A stretch of 64,000 nt of DNA. Origin: an uncultured delta proteobacterium. Lineage in GTDB: Bacteria > Myxococcota_A > Polyangia > Polyangiales > Polyangiaceae. The notes beneath the pieces were generated by a model. That model saw only the letters and a list, made by a program, of their open reading frames with translations. It did not search any database and was not told where the DNA came from. The stretch is taken from NCBI GenBank assembly GCA_963841435.1, contig CAWJCS010000003.1, forward strand, positions 992,001 through 1,056,000, read 5' to 3'. Shown one piece after another: positions 12,485 to 22,121 of this stretch. A program made the position numbers and the translations under genes. Every line of letters begins with the position of its first letter. Position 1 is the stretch's first letter.

Positions 12485-13220
12485 CGCGCTCCTCGCGTTG
12501 ACCGGTGCGCTGCTGAGCCCGGCGCTCGCGCGAGCTGCCGAGCCGCCACTCGCCCCCGACCTCCTGTCGCGCCCGCTCACACTGATTGTCGCGATCGGCC
12601 TTGCGACGCTGTTGCCGTTCGCGTTCATGACGTTGACGGCGTTCGTGAAGATTTCCACGGTGCTGCAGATCGTCCGCGGCGCCATCGGCGCGCAGAGCGT
12701 CCCGACGAACACGGTGATCATGGCCTTCGCCGGCGCGCTCACCGTGCTCGCCATGGCTCCCGTGGGCTCGCGCATCGCCGAGCGCGCCAAGCCGCTCTTG
12801 GGCGCCGATGCCATGAGCGACAGCGCGCACTTCATCGGAGGCATGCTGGAGGCCACGGGCGAGCCGCTCCGCGCGTTCCTCAAGGCGAACGCCAGCGCGC
12901 GCGAGCGTGCTCGCTTCTACGAAATCGCGCGCACGGCCCGCCCCGAACCGGAACGCGCCGGGGTCGGCCGCGACGACATCGTCGTGCTCGTACCGGCCTT
13001 CGTCGTGAGCGAGCTCATCGAAGCCTTCGCGCTCGGGTTCGCCCTCTACCTGCCGTTCCTCGTGATCGACCTCGTGGTCTCGAACGTCCTTCTGGCCCTC
13101 GGCATGCAGATGATGACGCCCGGGCAAGTGAGCTTGCCGTTCAAGCTCCTCTTGTTCGTCGCGATCGACGGCTGGGGGCTGCTCGCGCAGGCGCTCGTGA
13201 CCGGGTACAAGGCCGGTTGA
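12477..13220 (+). CDS. sctR: Type III export gate subunit FliP/SctR (YscR family)
   Basis: LLPFAFMTLTAFVKISTVL...GAQSVP, LVPAFVVSELIEAF...YLPFLVIDLVVSNVLLALGMQM...SLPFKLLLFVAIDGW. Signal-peptide-like N-terminus; GTG start near 12477. Confidence 0.92.
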   Translation: MASALLALTGALLSPALARAAEPPLAPDLLSRPLTLIVAIGLATLLPFAFMTLTAFVKISTVLQIVRGAIGAQSVPTNTVIMAFAGALTVLAMAPVGSRIAERAKPLLGADAMSDSAHFIGGMLEATGEPLRAFLKANASARERARFYEIARTARPEPERAGVGRDDIVVLVPAFVVSELIEAFALGFALYLPFLVIDLVVSNVLLALGMQMMTPGQVSLPFKLLLFVAIDGWGLLAQALVTGYKAG

Positions 13221-13386
13221 CCGTTCCTGCCGGGGGGCGGCCCCCGAGCCGGGCCCCGCGGTCGAGGGTGGGGGCCATGGGCGGGGCGAGTCGGCTGGGG
13301 GTCTGCGGAGGGCTCCGGGAATAGCTCGCCGAGTCGCCGGTTTCAGGGCGTGCTCGACTCTCACAGCAGGAAGGCCCCCCCTTTGG

Positions 13387-13414
13387 TTGACAGGGATCCC
13401 CGCGAAAGTAGGAT
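13387..13414 (+). promoter_or_regulatory. Sigma-70-type promoter of the gld-like operon
   Basis: TTGACA (13387-92), 16-nt spacer, TAGGAT (13409-14). An AAGGAGG Shine-Dalgarno precedes ATG 13503. Confidence 0.7.
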
Positions 13415-13502
13415 GCCGCCGCCCGAAGGACAGGTCCCCAGCGTGCGGGGATGCTGCGAAGATCCGGGCGAGTTTTTCGAAAGCATCGTTGAAGGAGGTC
13501 GG

Positions 13503-14743
13503 ATGACAACCGACGTCATGATCCAGGCGAGCGGCCTCACCAAGCGGTTCGGCTCAGTGCGCGCTCTCGACAAAGTAAATTTCGAGGTCAAGCGCGGCGA
13601 AGTGGTGGGCTTTCTCGGACCGAACGGCGCGGGAAAATCCACCACCATGCGCATCCTCACCTGCTACATCGCGCCGAGCTCCGGCGCGGCGAAGGTGCAT
13701 GGACACGACGTGTTCGACGAACCGCTCGAGGTTCGGCGGGCGCTCGGGTACCTGCCGCAGCGCGCTCCGCTCTACACGGACATGAACGTGTGGGAGTACC
13801 TGAAGTTCGTGGCCGAGATCCGCGGGCTCGACGAGGGGCTCTTCAAGAAGCGGCTGAAGAAGGTGGTGGAGGTCTGCGGCCTCGCGCAGTCGCTCGGCAA
13901 GCAGATTGGGACGCTGTCGCACGGCTATCGCCAGCGCGTCGGCCTCGGCCAGGCGCTGATCCACGACCCGCCGATCCTCGATCCTCGACGAGCCGACGAG
14001 CGACCTGGACCCCAACGAGAAGGCCGAGGTGCTCCGTTACATCAAGGAAATCGGCAAAGATCGCACCATCTTGCTCTCGACCCACAACCTCGCCGAGGTC
14101 GAAGAGGCCTGCGCGCGAGCCATCATCGTGAGCAAGGGGCGCGTCGTCGCCGACGGCCCGCTCGATAGCATCCGCGCCAAGACGGGCAGCCTCCGCTACG
14201 TCGTCACGCTCGACGAGAAGAACGCCGAGGCCGGCCGCAAGGCACCGTCGGCGAGCGAAGCGCAGTCGGCGCTCGGCGGCCTGCCGGGGGTTCGCACGTC
14301 GCGCGAGCTGCCGACCGACGAGACCGCTCACAAGATTCGAGCTCGTCGGCCCGCAGGATTCCGATCTTCGTGCCGAGATCTTCCGCCTGGTCGTGCAGAA
14401 GGGATGGACCTTGCTCGAGCTTCGGCGCGACGCCCAGTCGCTCGACGCCGTCTTCCGCGATCTCACGCGCGGCGACGAGCGGGCCGATCGCGGCGACGCG
14501 TGGGCGGCAGCGCACGCCGCTCCCGTCGAGGATGACGACGAGGACGAGGACGAAGACGAGGACGAAGAGCAAGACAAAGAGCCCGAGGCCGCGCCCGCGA
14601 AGAAAGCCGCACCCGTCAAGGGCGGTAGCGACGAGGACGAGGACGAAGACGACGAGGATGACGACGACGAGGATGACGACGAGGACGAGGATGACGACGA
14701 GGATGACGACGCCGACGACGACAAGTCGGAGCGAAAGGGCTGA
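13503..14743 (+). CDS. gldA: GldA-like ABC transporter ATP-binding protein with an acidic C-terminal tail; two +1 frameshifts
   Basis: Walker A GPNGAGKST and signature LSHGYRQR. Removing one base at ~13980 restores Walker B ILILDEPT; removing one at ~14335 joins the third ORF, which ends in a D/E tract. Confidence 0.85.
14528..14722 (+). repeat. Low-complexity GAC/GAG coding repeat (poly-Asp/Glu tail)
   Basis: gaggatgacgac-like repeats encode EDDDEDEDEDE...DDEDDDADDD. Confidence 0.85.
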
Positions 14744-14746
14744 GCC

Positions 14747-15484
14747 ATGTCGCCGATGCTGATCATTGCCAAGCGGGAGTTCCGCTCGAACTTCGACTCA
14801 CCGCTCGCCTACGTGGTCATCTGCCTGAGCTTCCTCGCTCTCGGGCTCATGTTCTTCTTCCTCCGGGGCGGCTTCTGGCAGGTCGATCACGCCACCGTCC
14901 AGAAGGTATTCGAGTACACGCCCACGGGGCTGAGCCTGCTCGTCGTGCCCGTGGTCACGATGCGGCTCGTCGCCGAGGAACGCCGTAGCGGCACGCTCGA
15001 GATGCTGATCACGCTGCCCGTGAAGGACAGCGATGTCATCGGCGGGAAATACCTGGGCGCCCTGGGTCTCGTGCTCGTGCTCGTGCTCGCGACGGCGTTC
15101 TACCCGCTCGCAATGTTCAAGTTCCCGTGGAACCTCGGGCCGCTCGACACGGGCCCCGTCGTGAGCGGCTACCTCGGGCTTTTGCTCTTCTCAGCGGCGG
15201 CGGTCGCCGTGGGGTTGCTCGTGAGCTCGTTCGTCGAGAGCCAGGCCGTCGCATTCTTCATCACGTTCTTCGCCCTGGGCGCCCTCTGGTGGTTCGACGA
15301 CATCGCCGAGGCGATCGGCGCGGGCTGGTTCGCGGGCGCGCTGCGCTACGTGAGCTTCCAGACGCGCCTGAGCGGGTTCTGGCGCGGCCTGGTCGATACG
15401 CGCGACGTCATCTACTTCTTGAGTGTCACGGCGATATCGCTCGTGATTTCCTTCAGGGCGCTCGAGCGCCGCAAGTGGTCCTGA
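14747..15484 (+). CDS. gldF: GldF-like ABC-2 permease
   Basis: IAKREFRSNFDSPLAYVVI, TMRLVAEERRSGTLEMLITLPV, RGLVDTRDVIYFLS. Confidence 0.9.
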   Translation: MSPMLIIAKREFRSNFDSPLAYVVICLSFLALGLMFFFLRGGFWQVDHATVQKVFEYTPTGLSLLVVPVVTMRLVAEERRSGTLEMLITLPVKDSDVIGGKYLGALGLVLVLVLATAFYPLAMFKFPWNLGPLDTGPVVSGYLGLLLFSAAAVAVGLLVSSFVESQAVAFFITFFALGALWWFDDIAEAIGAGWFAGALRYVSFQTRLSGFWRGLVDTRDVIYFLSVTAISLVISFRALERRKWS

Positions 15485-15506
15485 GCGGGATCCTTGGAGA
15501 CTGACC

Positions 15507-17351
15507 ATGGCTACCGAAGAGCAGAAGAGAAGAGTCGCCGCCCAGGCAGGCCTATACGTGGCCGTCATCGCGGCCATCGTCATCGTGGTGAACGTGCTCG
15601 CCTCCAAGGTCTACGTCCGAAAGGACATGACCAAGACCGAGCGCTACACGCTGAGCCAGGGCAGCGGGCACCTTTTGACGACGCTAAAGAGCCCCGTCCA
15701 GGTCGATGCCTACGTGAAGAAGGGCCTGCCGCAGCTCGACGCCTTCGTCGGCGACCTCACGGACCTCTTGCAGGAGTACCAGGCCGCCGGGAAGGGCAAG
15801 TTCAAGTTCACGTTGATCGAGCCCAACACCGACGATCTGCGTAGCCAGGCGAAGGAAGCGGGCCTTCAGGAGCAGCCCTTCGTCGATCCGAGCCAGACCG
15901 GCGAGGACCAGGCGGCCATCGCCCAGGGCTACATGGGCCTCGTCTTCAAGTACGGCAGCGAGAAGGCGGTGATTCCCTTCTTGAACCCCTCGCAGTCCGA
16001 GGGCCTCGAGTTCTGGATCACCAACAAGATCCGCGAGATTCGCGACAAAGCCGACGACATCAAATACCGTATCGGCGTCATCACCGACAAAGACGAGCTC
16101 AAGCTCTCCGATCAGAACCTGGTGCCGAAGCAGGGCCGCGGGCAGGGCTCGCCGAGCATGCAGAGCATCATGGAGCAGGCGTTCCCCTTCTACAAAGTGG
16201 AGGAGGTGACGCTCAAGGAGGGCGAGCCGATCGACGACGGCTTCTCGGGCCTCATCATCACGCAGCCGCGCAAGGACTACACGGACAAGGAGCTCCGGCG
16301 CATCGACGAGTTCTTGATGAAGGGCAATAAATCGCTCGTCGTGTTCGCTTCCGCGGTGACGCTGAAGCCGCAAGACGCGACCATGAGCGCGACGCTCGAC
16401 CTGCACAACCTCGACAAGCTGCTCTCGGGCTACGGCATCCAGATGAACAAGGACGCCGTGATGGACTTCGGCGCACAGTTTCGTATCGGCGTGATGGTGC
16501 CGAACGGCGGCATGGCGTGGATTCGCCATCCCGGCATCGCCCACGTCGTCAACGACCCGCGACTCGACGACGACGAACGTGCGCTCGACACTTCGTTCCC
16601 GGCGTTCTTCCGCATGGAAGAGGTGATCTTCCCGTTTCCGTCTAGCCTCACGCTGCTCAAGGACAAGCAGCCGAGCGACGTGAAGGTGCAGGTCGTCGCG
16701 CGCACGACGCCCGCGACCTCGGTCGACAAGTCGGACACGGTCGACATGAAGCTTCGCGAGCAGTGGAAGCCCAAGCCGCCCATGGAGCAGCGCATCGTGT
16801 CCGCGGCGGTCACGGGCAAGCTGAAGAGCGCTTTCGCCGGCACGCCGGACGAGGGCATCACGCACCCCGAGCGCGCGCCCAAGGACTCGCGCGTCCTCGT
16901 CGTCTCGTCGAGCCTGTTCCTCACGAACCCCTTCGCCTACGCCGGCAACGGACCGGATCTCGGCGGGCAGTTCGCAATGTTCGGCAACGTCGGCGGCGAC
17001 GAGAACCTGCTGCAGATCGCGCAGCCGTACACGAAGTACCTGACGAGCACGATTCTCTCGTTCAAGAACACGCTCGACTGGATGGCCGGCGACTCGGATC
17101 TTCTCGCAGCCAGCGCGAAGCTCATCGGCGATCCGAACCTCACCTACGCGAGCCTCGCCAAGCCGAAGTTCAAGGCCGAAGACGACGAAGCCGAGAGCAA
17201 GCGCAAGGACGAGGAATACAAGCAATCGCGCAAGCGCTTGCAGCAAAGCGTCCAGTGGACGCTGACCCTCGGTGTGCCGCTCATCTTCGGCGTGTTCGGC
17301 ATCCTGCGCTGGCGGCGTCGTGACGCTCAGCGCGCGATGCTCAAGGTCTAA
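15507..17351 (+). CDS. gldG: GldG-like ABC transporter auxiliary component
   Basis: N-terminal TM, DMTKTERYTLSQGS, LIITQPRKDY..ELRRIDEFLMKG, C-terminal TM followed by WRRR. Confidence 0.88.
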   Translation: MATEEQKRRVAAQAGLYVAVIAAIVIVVNVLASKVYVRKDMTKTERYTLSQGSGHLLTTLKSPVQVDAYVKKGLPQLDAFVGDLTDLLQEYQAAGKGKFKFTLIEPNTDDLRSQAKEAGLQEQPFVDPSQTGEDQAAIAQGYMGLVFKYGSEKAVIPFLNPSQSEGLEFWITNKIREIRDKADDIKYRIGVITDKDELKLSDQNLVPKQGRGQGSPSMQSIMEQAFPFYKVEEVTLKEGEPIDDGFSGLIITQPRKDYTDKELRRIDEFLMKGNKSLVVFASAVTLKPQDATMSATLDLHNLDKLLSGYGIQMNKDAVMDFGAQFRIGVMVPNGGMAWIRHPGIAHVVNDPRLDDDERALDTSFPAFFRMEEVIFPFPSSLTLLKDKQPSDVKVQVVARTTPATSVDKSDTVDMKLREQWKPKPPMEQRIVSAAVTGKLKSAFAGTPDEGITHPERAPKDSRVLVVSSSLFLTNPFAYAGNGPDLGGQFAMFGNVGGDENLLQIAQPYTKYLTSTILSFKNTLDWMAGDSDLLAASAKLIGDPNLTYASLAKPKFKAEDDEAESKRKDEEYKQSRKRLQQSVQWTLTLGVPLIFGVFGILRWRRRDAQRAMLKV

Positions 17352-17379
17352 CCCCTTTTTTTTTCAGGCAGAAGGCAAC

Positions 17380-18570
17380 ATGGCAACGACCGCGGACAAG
17401 AAGCTCTACGCCGCCATCGGCGTGCTTTCGGTGCTCGGGGTGGCCCTCTTCGTGACGAACAAGAAGCAGAAGGAAGAGGAAGCGACCTACACGCTCAGCG
17501 GACAGGAAGCCCAGCTTCCGAAGATCGCCGTGAGCGACGACGACGTGAAGAAGATCGACAAGATCACGCTCAGCAAGGCGGCCGGCGAGGATGGCGGCGC
17601 CGCGACGGAGATCGAGCTCGTGAAGAAGGGCGACGATTGGGAGGTGTCCAAGCCCGTCGAGGCCAAGGCGAACCAGGCGAACGTCAAGAGCCTGCTCGAC
17701 AACCTGAAGACCCTCAAGGTGAGCGAGCTGATCGATCCCGCGAAGACCGGCTACGAGAAGTTCAAGGTCTCGGACACCGAGGGCCTGCATGCCGTGTTCA
17801 TGAAGGGCACCGACACGGCCCTCGATCTTCGCTTCGGTGAAAATGGTGGTCGCGGTCAGATGACTCGCGTGACAGGCAAGGACGGCGTCTATGCCGTCAA
17901 GGGCTACTCGAGCTACCTGTACGACCGCGACATGAAGGGCTGGCGCGACACCGTGATCTTCAAGTTCGAGGAGAGCGCCGTGGCGGCCGCCGTGGTCACG
18001 AACGAGCACGGGACCTTCGATTTCAAGAAGGACGGCGACAAGTGGAGCGCCAAATTCAAGGACGCGAAGACGGGTGCCACCAAGGATCTGGAGAAGTTCG
18101 ACGAAGGCAAGGTCAAGGACATGATCCGCGCCTACAAGACGCTGAATGCCGACGGCTTCGCCGAGAAGGGCAAGACCGACGCGGACCTCGGTCTCGACAA
18201 GCCGACCGCCACGGTGGAGCTCACGCTCAGCGACGGCGCCAAGCGCGAGATCAAGGTGGGCGCGACGGCCGAGGGCACGAGCCGCTGGGTCCGGGCGTCG
18301 GGCGTGTCCGATCTCGTGAGCATCTCGTCGTGGGCGGCGGATTGGGCGCTCGCCGAGCCGACGAAGTTCCAGAAGACCGAAGAGAAGAAGGACGACAAGA
18401 AGGACGCCGCCGAAGACAAGAAGGACGCGGCCACTTCCGCGCCGAAGCCGGCAACGAGCGAAAAGCCCGCGGCACCGAAGCCCGCGGCACCGAAGCCCGC
18501 GGCGCCGAAGCCCGCGCCGAGCGAAAAGCCGGCCGCACCCGCACCCGCACCCGCCGCAAGCGCCGGCTGA
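17380..18570 (+). CDS. DUF4340-domain protein with a PKPAA-repeat tail
   Basis: N-terminal TM, IELVKKGDDWEVSKPVEAKANQ, repeated domain with LGLDKP; usual position after gldG-like genes. 15-bp repeats at ~18472-18516. Confidence 0.8.
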   Translation: MATTADKKLYAAIGVLSVLGVALFVTNKKQKEEEATYTLSGQEAQLPKIAVSDDDVKKIDKITLSKAAGEDGGAATEIELVKKGDDWEVSKPVEAKANQANVKSLLDNLKTLKVSELIDPAKTGYEKFKVSDTEGLHAVFMKGTDTALDLRFGENGGRGQMTRVTGKDGVYAVKGYSSYLYDRDMKGWRDTVIFKFEESAVAAAVVTNEHGTFDFKKDGDKWSAKFKDAKTGATKDLEKFDEGKVKDMIRAYKTLNADGFAEKGKTDADLGLDKPTATVELTLSDGAKREIKVGATAEGTSRWVRASGVSDLVSISSWAADWALAEPTKFQKTEEKKDDKKDAAEDKKDAATSAPKPATSEKPAAPKPAAPKPAAPKPAPSEKPAAPAPAPAASAG

Positions 18571-18576
18571 GCGTCG

Positions 18577-18604
18577 CGCCCGGCGCCTTTCGCCGCGCCG
18601 GGCG
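18577..18604 (+). terminator. GC-rich hairpin after the gld-like operon
   Basis: CGCCCGGCGC-ctttcgcc-GCGCCGGGCG, a perfect 10-bp stem just after the stop codon; no U-tract. Confidence 0.45.
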
Positions 18605-18717
18605 TGCTCGCCTGGACCACGGCGTCGACCCACGGGCGCGGTGTGAACGCGATGCGCGGCGCTCGCTCACGGCGGCGACGAAAGCACGGTCGGGCCTCGA
18701 AGGTGCGACTCGCACCG

Positions 18718-18900
18718 GTGGCCGCCGACCTAGACTACCAAGGCGTTGCCTGGGTCGGTTTCAACCTGAACCAGGAGCTCGACGCCGACACCTCGGGGAC
18801 GGTGCTCGTCCGCTCGACGAGCATCACCATCGGCTACACGAACAGCGGCGGCTCCCCCCTGCGCGTGCAGCTCGGCGGCCCGAACGCCTCGACTCTCGAG
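18718..18900 (+). pseudogene. Probable fragment of a secreted myxobacterial protein domain
   Basis: Protein-like stretch VAADLDYQGVAWVGFNLNQE...ITIGYTNSGGSPLRVQLGGPNA with no credible start, signal peptide or C-terminus. Confidence 0.4.
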
Positions 18901-18996
18901 TCGGATCGTCCCGGGCGACGACGTCCTCTCGACGCCGTTCAGCGTGTGTCTGAACAGCGTGCGAGACGGATGAGCCAACGGTGCTAGCCTCGGCTG

Positions 18997-19974
18997 ATGG
19001 CGCGCCGCGAGCCGCCGGGCTCCGAAATCACTCCCGAGGCGCTCTACCTGAAGCGCCGCGAGATCATCAAGAACGGCGCGCTCTATGCGGGCGCTGCCGC
19101 TCTCTTCGGCGGCGGCGTGACGTGGCTCTCGGGCGCGGGGAGGGCGGGAAAGGCCAAGAAGCAGCCCCCCGCCGAAGCCGCGTCGCTCACGATCGCCGAG
19201 CGCGGCAAGTTCGTCGTACCGGAGGCGACCACGCCTTACGACGACGTGACGAGCTACAACAATTTCTACGAGTTCGGCACGGGCAAGGGCGACCCCGCCA
19301 AAAACGCCAATACGCTCAAGCCGCGCCCCTGGACCGTGCACGTCACGGGTGAGGTGAAAAAGGCGCAAACGTTCGACATCGACACGCTGCTCGGCTGGTT
19401 CGGGCTCGAGGAGCGCGTGTACCGCATGCGCTGCGTGGAAGCCTGGTCGATGGTCATTCCGTGGGTCGGCTTCCCCCTGGCGTCGCTGATCAAGCGCCTC
19501 GAGCCCACGTCGAAAGCCAAGTACGTCGCCTTCGAAACGCTGCTCGACGAAGCCCAGATGCCGGAAACGCGCTCGGGCGTGCTCGACTGGCCGTACGTCG
19601 AGGGCCTGCGCCTGGACGAGGCGATGCACCCGCTCACGCTCATGGCCGTGGGCCTGTACGGCAAAATTCTGCCGAATCAGAACGGCGCTCCGCTCAGGCT
19701 CGTGGTCCCCTGGAAGTACGGCTTCAAGGGCATCAAGTCGATCGTGCGCATTCGCTTCGTCGAGAAGGAGCCGGAGACCACGTGGAACCGGGCCGCGCCG
19801 AACGAGTACGGCTTTTACGCCAACGTGAACCCCGCCGTGGATCACCCGCGCTGGAGCCAGGCCACGGAGCGGCGCATCGGCGAGCTCACGCGGCGCCCGA
19901 CGCTACCTTTCAACGGCTACGCCGACGAGGTGGCGTCGCTCTACCGCGGCATGGATCTCGAGAAGTACTTCTGA
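18997..19974 (+). CDS. msrP: Protein-methionine-sulfoxide reductase catalytic subunit MsrP
   Basis: SEITPE..Y.KRR Tat signal, [46 protein letters not shown]. Confidence 0.97.
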   Translation: MARREPPGSEITPEALYLKRREIIKNGALYAGAAALFGGGVTWLSGAGRAGKAKKQPPAEAASLTIAERGKFVVPEATTPYDDVTSYNNFYEFGTGKGDPAKNANTLKPRPWTVHVTGEVKKAQTFDIDTLLGWFGLEERVYRMRCVEAWSMVIPWVGFPLASLIKRLEPTSKAKYVAFETLLDEAQMPETRSGVLDWPYVEGLRLDEAMHPLTLMAVGLYGKILPNQNGAPLRLVVPWKYGFKGIKSIVRIRFVEKEPETTWNRAAPNEYGFYANVNPAVDHPRWSQATERRIGELTRRPTLPFNGYADEVASLYRGMDLEKYF

Positions 19975-20594
19975 TGGCGAAAGGCACCATGGCCTGGCTC
20001 AAGCCGGCCGTCTTCACGGGGGCGCTCGTGCCACTCTTCGCGATCCTCGCGCGCGCGGCACGCCACGAGCTCGGGGCAAATCCCATCGCCGAAGGTCTGA
20101 ACAGGATGGGGCTCCTCGCGCTGATTTTCATCTGGCTGACGCTCGCGTGCACACCCGCGAAGATCGCGTTCGGCTGGACCTGGCCCGCGAAGATCCGGCG
20201 CATGCTGGGCCTGTTTGGATTCTTTTACGCCTCGATGCACCTTCTCACGTACGCGGGACTCGATCAGGGCCTCGCACTCGGGAAAATCCTGAAGGACGTG
20301 GTGAAGCGCCCCTTCATCCTCGTCGGCTTTCTCGCCTGGCTCTGCCTCGTGCCGCTCGCCGTGACCTCGACCAAGCGCATGGTGCAGCGGCTCGGCTTCC
20401 GCAACTGGAAGCGCCTTCACCGCCTCGTCTACGTGATCGGCGTGCTCGGCTCCCTGCACTTCTACATGCGCGTGAAAAAAGACGTCACCGAGCCGCTCGT
20501 TTACGCCGCCGTGCTCGCGCTGCTGTTCGCGGCGCGCGTCGTGGATGCGCTCAGAAAGCGCCGGGCGAGACCGGCGGCGTCACTCCAAGCGTAG
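19974..20594 (+). CDS. msrQ: MsrQ heme-binding membrane subunit
   Basis: TGATG coupling to msrP; RRMLGLFGFFYASMH and WKRLHRLVY. Confidence 0.95.
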   Translation: MAKGTMAWLKPAVFTGALVPLFAILARAARHELGANPIAEGLNRMGLLALIFIWLTLACTPAKIAFGWTWPAKIRRMLGLFGFFYASMHLLTYAGLDQGLALGKILKDVVKRPFILVGFLAWLCLVPLAVTSTKRMVQRLGFRNWKRLHRLVYVIGVLGSLHFYMRVKKDVTEPLVYAAVLALLFAARVVDALRKRRARPAASLQA

Positions 20595-21406
20595 TTTGCC
20601 AAAAGGCCCGCGAAGCGAAGCGCAAGAATACGACGGCGTTTACCAAAGCTTTGTTGCGCGGGGGGCCGCCTTTGGATGGTGGCCGCTTCACCAGTGCAGG
20701 TCCGATCGCCATCGTCCAACACCCCAATGACTTCCGTGGCTCCGTTGTCGCACCTGGCGAGCAGGGGTCCGCCGGAATCTCCCAAGCACGCACCTGTGTC
20801 ACCCAGGCCATCGACGACCACGTACGCTGGCTCGACGCGCGCAATTTCCTCGATGACAAACGCCAGGTTGCCGAGGTCGCCGCTCTCCGTCGTTCCGTAG
20901 CCGGCAAGCTCAACCGGTGAGCCCAGCCACGATTCGTCCATCGGGTTCACACAGGGCTGCAGCGGCTCGATCTCGATCTCGACTTCGGAGAGATCTGAAA
21001 CCTGCAGCAGCCCAACGTCGAGGGTGGGATGCAACCAAGCGGCATCGGGCAGAAGCGCTGGTGCGCTGGGATCGTGCAAGCCCCCAACGACGACGGTCGC
21101 TTGCGGAACTCCCTCCGGCGTTGGATGGTCAAACACACCATCCCGGTCAGCGTCGAAACAGTGCGCGGCGGAAAGAACGAATCCGGGCGCGACAGCGACC
21201 GCGCTGCAAACCGCAGCACCCACGGCTCCTTGGGGCGAAGGAAGGAGTATTGCCACGATGGCGCGCGAACGCGGGGCATCGAGTGATCCGAGTCGGGCGG
21301 CCGACGAGCCACCGACGATGCGAGAAGTGGCGCATCGGGAGCCACCCGTCGCGATGCGCCCGTCGGAGCACGCGAGCAGAAACGCCAGCGGACCTAGGGG
21401 GAACAT
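20501..21406 (-). CDS. Trypsin-like serine protease lipoprotein, 3' end apparently truncated or replaced
   Basis: LLAC lipobox, IVGG, LSAAHC, DVGLL, GACLGDSGGPL. After CTG (~20690) the frame becomes non-protein-like and runs antisense into msrQ. Confidence 0.8.
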   Translation of the reverse strand: MFPLGPLAFLLACSDGRIATGGSRCATSRIVGGSSAARLGSLDAPRSRAIVAILLPSPQGAVGAAVCSAVAVAPGFVLSAAHCFDADRDGVFDHPTPEGVPQATVVVGGLHDPSAPALLPDAAWLHPTLDVGLLQVSDLSEVEIEIEPLQPCVNPMDESWLGSPVELAGYGTTESGDLGNLAFVIEEIARVEPAYVVVDGLGDTGACLGDSGGPLLARCDNGATEVIGVLDDGDRTCTGEAATIQRRPPAQQSFGKRRRILALRFAGLLANYAWSDAAGLARRFLSASTTRAANSSASTAA

Positions 21407-21483
21407 AAGGCGCAACACGGGACCCGTCAGGCCCGACATCCCCCTGAGCCACGCGTCTAACAACGAGTGCTGCGGGGGGAACC

Positions 21484-22092
21484 TCACAGGGGGTCGGAGC
21501 GCGCCGAGCCGTCGAGGTTGAGCGAAGCGACCTTGCACGTGACCGGGGGCTCCGTTCCCCCCGGGTCACCCGGCACGACCTTACCTACCAACGGCTGCTG
21601 TGCCACGCTATCCACGAGCATTTCGCCCGTATCCGCCTGAACCGTGAGTGACGGGCGCGTGGCGTCGCCGAGCATTTCGGAGGTCCGCGGCGAATAGCCG
21701 ATTGTCGCCAGCAAATGTAGCGCGGTGGGGGTAACCGATGAATCGGGCACATTCCACCAGCTCACCACAACTGAGGTTGCATCGGGCGCGCCGGGCAGAA
21801 AGAACTGGTCATGGACGCCGCCACCACAGCTATTGCAATCGGGGTTATCGTTGGGGTCGTGGTCAGCGTTGAAATAGTGAGGGCCAGTCAGCAGTTTTGA
21901 GCACGCGTTGGACGTCAGGCATGCACGAACCGACAGCTCATCGGCCACCGAAATCTCCCCTTCCCACTTTGTCGTGCATTCGATGCCGGAGCCGGAGTTG
22001 GCCGGGCGTTCATTCGGGCCACTGCCGCAGCTTGGCAGCACCGCGAGGACGATGGCACATCCAACAACCGTGTGAAATTGACCATAGAGCAT
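21484..22092 (-). CDS. Hypothetical Cys-containing lipoprotein
   Basis: Lipobox VLPSC; co-oriented between the two proteases in the lower-GC island. Confidence 0.6.
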   Translation of the reverse strand: MLYGQFHTVVGCAIVLAVLPSCGSGPNERPANSGSGIECTTKWEGEISVADELSVRACLTSNACSKLLTGPHYFNADHDPNDNPDCNSCGGGVHDQFFLPGAPDATSVVVSWWNVPDSSVTPTALHLLATIGYSPRTSEMLGDATRPSLTVQADTGEMLVDSVAQQPLVGKVVPGDPGGTEPPVTCKVASLNLDGSARSDPL

Positions 22093-22121
22093 GAAGTGTT
22101 CCTTTCTCCCGAACGGGGCAA

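Noticed and set aside
13843..14772. Poly-Ser minus-strand ORF
   Set aside because: It is the antisense reading of the poly-Asp/Glu tail of the ABC ATPase.
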